From: Nitrosopumilus sp.
GTDB taxonomy: Archaea > Thermoproteota > Nitrososphaeria > Nitrososphaerales > Nitrosopumilaceae
Assembly: GCA_965218785.1 (NCBI GenBank)
Contig: OZ244650.1
Location: 1,824,001 to 1,888,000 of the forward strand
DNA: 64,000 nt
Direction of reading: 5' to 3'
Below are positions 60,103-64,000 of this stretch, in pieces. The stretch's first letter is position 1. Each line of letters starts with the position of its first letter. Below the pieces are notes generated by a model that had not been told where the DNA came from, ran no database searches, and was given only the letters and a program-made list of their open reading frames with translations. Made by a program: the position numbers and the translations under genes.

Positions 60103-60229
60103 AAAATGGCATTGTAGGGATTTATCCTATTCAGGAATTGAAAAAACCGGTAAAACAATTATTGTCGCAAGCACGGATTGTGTGGTATTTGTATTAGATA
60201 TAAAAAATTCCTTGAGAATTGAGAAAATC

Positions 60230-61072
60230 TCAGGAGGATAATTCTGCACTGCCAAATAGGACACTAAATGCTTTGCACCAAATCAAGACCTTGTTGTACT
60301 TGTCAAGATCAGTACCTTCTGGAATGTCATAATTTTGATTTCCGCGGTTTGCTTTTAGATCTCCCAGATTGATAAATTCTGATGCTCTGTCATCTGTTGA
60401 CAAGTAGACAAATAGGTCCGGACCGTTGGTAGACAAAAAGTTTTCTAATCTTAGTACGTTACTTCCATCTTCTAGTGGAATGGTGTATGCGTCTCCTTCT
60501 GCATGATGAATTCCATCATTAGCACCTATGAATTGTCCTGCATATGACATTGTTGGTTCTTCCATCGTCATTTCCTCCTGTTCCATCATTTCTTCTTGTT
60601 CCATCATCATTTCCTCTTTCATCATCATCTCCTCTTCCATCATCATTTCCTCCTGTTCCATCATTTCTTCCTCTTCCATCATCATCTCTTCTTCCATCAT
60701 CATTTCCTCCTGTTCCATCATTTCCTCTTGTTCCATCATCATTTCTTCTTGCTTCATCATTTCTTCTTCTTTTAGTTCTAATTCCAAAATACGATTTTGC
60801 TGTTCTCTAGATTCTCTTTCCAATTTACTTATCTGAGTTTCCAGTTCATGAATCTTTTGTGAATCCCCAACTTGAATAATATCTGAATTGATTAGGAATT
60901 CCAATGATTCTATAAATTCCGAATCAGTTATGCTGTCTTCTACCCAAAATGCGGCAATACCCTTTACCCATGCGGGAATACTGTCACCTTGAGAGTATAC
61001 AGTTCCAACACCAGATACTATGACAAAGAACAAGACAACACCCAGCAGGACTTGATATTTGGGAATCCTCAA
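60230..61072 (-). CDS. Secreted DM13-domain protein with IPAWVK domain and Met/Glu-rich repeat
   Basis: Signal peptide; LRLENF..NGPDLFVYLS, GNQNY.IP, IWCKAFSVLFG. Confidence 0.9.
   Translation of the reverse strand: MRIPKYQVLLGVVLFFVIVSGVGTVYSQGDSIPAWVKGIAAFWVEDSITDSEFIESLEFLINSDIIQVGDSQKIHELETQISKLERESREQQNRILELELKEEEMMKQEEMMMEQEEMMEQEEMMMEEEMMMEEEEMMEQEEMMMEEEMMMKEEMMMEQEEMMEQEEMTMEEPTMSYAGQFIGANDGIHHAEGDAYTIPLEDGSNVLRLENFLSTNGPDLFVYLSTDDRASEFINLGDLKANRGNQNYDIPEGTDLDKYNKVLIWCKAFSVLFGSAELSS
60547..60771. repeat. Low-complexity coding repeat (E/Q)EEMM(M)
   Basis: Recurrent TTCCATCATCAT(T/C)TC units. Confidence 0.9.
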
Positions 61073-61194
61073 TGAAAATTTTGAATTTTAGGAATATAAA
61101 AATTGAGCAGTGATTTGGAGAAGAACCATTTTCAGGTCTTCAATATTATGTTGGACTCGAAAGATATTATAATGTAATATCTTTCGTTTGAAAT

Positions 61195-63297
61195 GTGACT
61201 GTTGCAGAACTTTTGATGGGCAGTGTTATACTACCAAGAAACGAGTCGCCAAAAGCCATATCACGTCTGACTGAATTTGAATGGTTTCACAAAATGGAGA
61301 TGGAAAATGAGACAGTTACGCCTGAAATCGATGATCTTCTTTTACGGGCCCAAAAAACACACCAATTCATCGAGGATGTCATCAAAGGACTGAATATTCC
61401 CCTGCGTGTTGGTATAATGGAGATTCTTTTCAAGGGTACAGTCTTAAAAAGGAAGAATTATGATATTGATGAAATTGAGGGTCTAGTTGCAGAGCTTGAA
61501 AAGACTCCAGAATCAGTCACTAATGCGGCCAAGGTATTGGAGGAAAATGCAAAAGTAAGTCACTCTTTAGAGGAATTCAAATCGTTAAAAGAGACGCTGC
61601 AGGTCGCAAACAAGCTAAAAGTTGATCTTGCTGGTTTTGGTTCCATGAGGTATTTTTATACAAATCTATTTGTCATCAATTCCTCAGATTATGAAGAAAT
61701 TGAGCGCTCGCTGCAAGGCATGCCAATTTACAAATATGATCTGGAATCCAAGGAAAAATCAGCAGTAATAATAATTTCCGATATCGATGATTCTGACAAA
61801 ATTCTCAAGATCATGCGGGCCCTTAATTCCAATCCATTTAGCATACCCAAGGAATTTCCCCAGATACCAAACGAGGCGTTTGCCTTGGCAGAATCAAAGA
61901 TCAAGGAACTAACAGAAAAGAAGAAATCCCTTTCAAAAGAGCTGGCTGGAATTACAAAAAAAATCCGTGGTGAAATTCTGGCAATGCATGAAAACGCATT
62001 GGTGGCAAAAGATGTTCTTGAGACATTACGCAAGCCAGGTGGTACGAAAAATTTTGCGGTAATACAGGGATACATTCCAAAAAAAATGGAGGATAAATTC
62101 AAACAAGTAACAAATCAATGGACGTCAATTACCGAAGAAATAACGGATCCAAAGATTCTTTCCAGTCTTCCCGTTTGCCTGGATAATCCCAGATGGGTTA
62201 GAACGTTTGAAGTAATTACACAGAGTCAGGGAATTCCAAGGCGTGGGGAATTTGATCCCACATGGATGATTGCGCTAATGTGGCCGATATTTTACGGATT
62301 AATGTTTGCAGATGTAGGTCACGGGTTGTTGTTGATGGGATTGGGTTTATTGTTCAAATTCAAGGGACAGGGAACACTCTCAAGATGGGGGATGCTGCTG
62401 GCAATATCTGGCGCGGCAGGTGCTGTTGCCGGGGTTTTCCAGGGCGAGGCGTTTGGATTCCATCTGGATCACTTGGCAGGACTAGAGGCGTTACTGCATG
62501 AAGGCGGGCCGCTTCATTCCATATCGTGGCTGATAGGCGCCATCACCGTAGCAGAACTGACATTTGATCAGGTAATTATGATTCTCAAAGTTTCAATCTT
62601 CATCGGAGTCATCCATCTGGGATGGGCCTTTATTTTACGCATCCACAATTACTGGAAGAGGGGAGACAGGGACACTCTGATCTTCGAGGCCATTCCAAAC
62701 ATGTTCATGTGGTTGGGTGTTTTCGGAGTGATGATGGGGGCGATTGGTTCAGGATATGATGTCATAAACATGTATTCCAAGGTTCACACGGAGGCAGTTC
62801 CCTGGATCACAGTACTAGTTGGAGACTGGGCAGTCGTATGGATAGTCGTCAGAGTCTCAGTAATCATTGTTATCGCATGTGCTGCGTTGATGATAATTGG
62901 TGGAATAAAACACAACAAGAAACACCCAGATGACGGCGGAGACATGGTAAGTGTAATCATGGAAGTCTTCCTTGGAAAGACCATCGAGTGTCTTGCACAT
63001 ACAATCAGTTATGCCAGGATAGGAATCATGCTGCTTGTGCATGCCGCGTTATTACTCACAGTTAACAAGGCCTATGAATCCCTTGGAGGACTAGATGCGC
63101 CGCAATCCCTTGTACTAATTGTCGGAGGACAGATAGGAATCATGATGATTGAAGGTCTGATTGTCTACATCCAGTCCCTAAGGCTTCACCTCTACGAGTT
63201 CTTTACAAAGTGGTATGATGGCGGTTCCCAGCCATTCAAACAGCTGGTGCCAGAAATGGTTTACAACTCTTATTCGTGGAAGGACAGGAAAAAGTAG
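61195..63297 (+). CDS. atpI: A-type ATP synthase subunit I (a)
   Basis: EFDPT, YGLMFADVGHG, HTISYARI, IQSLRLHLYEFFTK. Confidence 0.95.
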   Translation: MTVAELLMGSVILPRNESPKAISRLTEFEWFHKMEMENETVTPEIDDLLLRAQKTHQFIEDVIKGLNIPLRVGIMEILFKGTVLKRKNYDIDEIEGLVAELEKTPESVTNAAKVLEENAKVSHSLEEFKSLKETLQVANKLKVDLAGFGSMRYFYTNLFVINSSDYEEIERSLQGMPIYKYDLESKEKSAVIIISDIDDSDKILKIMRALNSNPFSIPKEFPQIPNEAFALAESKIKELTEKKKSLSKELAGITKKIRGEILAMHENALVAKDVLETLRKPGGTKNFAVIQGYIPKKMEDKFKQVTNQWTSITEEITDPKILSSLPVCLDNPRWVRTFEVITQSQGIPRRGEFDPTWMIALMWPIFYGLMFADVGHGLLLMGLGLLFKFKGQGTLSRWGMLLAISGAAGAVAGVFQGEAFGFHLDHLAGLEALLHEGGPLHSISWLIGAITVAELTFDQVIMILKVSIFIGVIHLGWAFILRIHNYWKRGDRDTLIFEAIPNMFMWLGVFGVMMGAIGSGYDVINMYSKVHTEAVPWITVLVGDWAVVWIVVRVSVIIVIACAALMIIGGIKHNKKHPDDGGDMVSVIMEVFLGKTIECLAHTISYARIGIMLLVHAALLLTVNKAYESLGGLDAPQSLVLIVGGQIGIMMIEGLIVYIQSLRLHLYEFFTKWYDGGSQPFKQLVPEMVYNSYSWKDRKK

Positions 63298-63311
63298 GTG
63301 CAAAAAAGATC

Positions 63312-63398
63312 ATGTCAAAAGAAGCAATAATCACCACAATTCCGGCAGTCATCATGCTTGGTTTTGCCATTTTTGGCATAACAGTAATTGCCCCGTAA
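63312..63398 (+). CDS. 28-aa single-TM micro-protein after atpI (not in ORF track)
   Basis: MSKEAIITTIPAVIMLGFAIFGITVIAP; AGGTG SD-like motif upstream. Confidence 0.55.
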   Translation: MSKEAIITTIPAVIMLGFAIFGITVIAP

Positions 63399-63420
63399 TA
63401 CCAATAAAATCAGCAAGTGA

Positions 63421-64000
63421 TTATTTTTCTACGGGCAGATCCAGCTTGTTTCCCCATTCGCCCCAGGATCCCAGATATACCCGGACGTTCTCAAATCCGA
63501 GTTTCTTTAATGCCAAAAATGAATTGGCGGCACGGTATGCCCCCTGGCAATAAACTACAATCTCAGAATCCTTTGGAATCTGATAGAGCCGGGATAATTC
63601 ATCATCTGACTTGAAGGTGCCATCATCACTGATATTGAGATTCCAATCAACATTGATAGCTTTTGGAATATGTCCTGTCCGGGCCGCCCTTGTTGTAGTT
63701 CCGTCATATTCCCCCCGGGATCGGGCGTCAATAATTTTCAGGGTATCAAGATTTTCCAGAACATGCTCGTAGCCGGTAATAATTTCAGGATTGACTCTTC
63801 CAGAGAACTTTGAGGGCCGGAAGGGATTGGATTTTGTCTCAGTCGGCAGGTTCTCTTTCTTCCATTTTCTCATACCGCCGTCTAAAACGGATGCATCCGG
63901 ATGCGAAAAGTATCGCAGCATCCAAAGTCCTCTTGCAGACAGCATGCCAGAAACACCGTCATAAAAGACGACCTTATCTTCAAAAGTTACTCCGGCAAAT
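63421..64000 (-). CDS. Thiosulfate/mercaptopyruvate sulfurtransferase (tandem rhodanese); 5' end outside window
   Basis: LDGG..W, IDAR..EY.G, GHIP.A, YCQGAYRA, YLGSWGEW. Confidence 0.92.
   Translation of the reverse strand, partial: FAGVTFEDKVVFYDGVSGMLSARGLWMLRYFSHPDASVLDGGMRKWKKENLPTETKSNPFRPSKFSGRVNPEIITGYEHVLENLDTLKIIDARSRGEYDGTTTRAARTGHIPKAINVDWNLNISDDGTFKSDDELSRLYQIPKDSEIVVYCQGAYRAANSFLALKKLGFENVRVYLGSWGEWGNKLDLPVEK

Noticed and set aside
60528-60836. Ser/Ile- and Pro/Ser-rich + strand ORFs
   Set aside because: Antisense shadows of the Met/Glu repeat

Overview
Chromosomal segment of an ammonia-oxidising archaeon (Nitrososphaerota/Thaumarchaeota, Nitrosopumilus-like), judged from TFE, NAC, Trm56, S19e, Rpp21, Nep1, PEFG-/CFI-box-CTERM proteins and an A-type ATP synthase. 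It carries housekeeping genes (asd, heme O synthase, UbiD, PhoU, HflX), a riboflavin operon, tRNA-Gly(TCC), a class II ribonucleotide reductase, thiolase/DUF35, a ~16 kb copper/metal surface-protein cluster (36.3-52.6 kb), pyrB/pyrI and split atp genes. Best candidate for an undescribed system: an HTH + ATP-cone + catalytically dead class III RNR-like protein directly upstream of nrdJ, possibly a nucleotide-sensing regulator. Other leads: a set of secreted proteins with predicted His1 N-termini, a cupredoxin with Glu at the axial Met position, micro-ORFs inside the atp loci, phasin-like paralogs, and structured intergenic elements that share motifs. All calls come from reading motifs by eye; no database searches were run.
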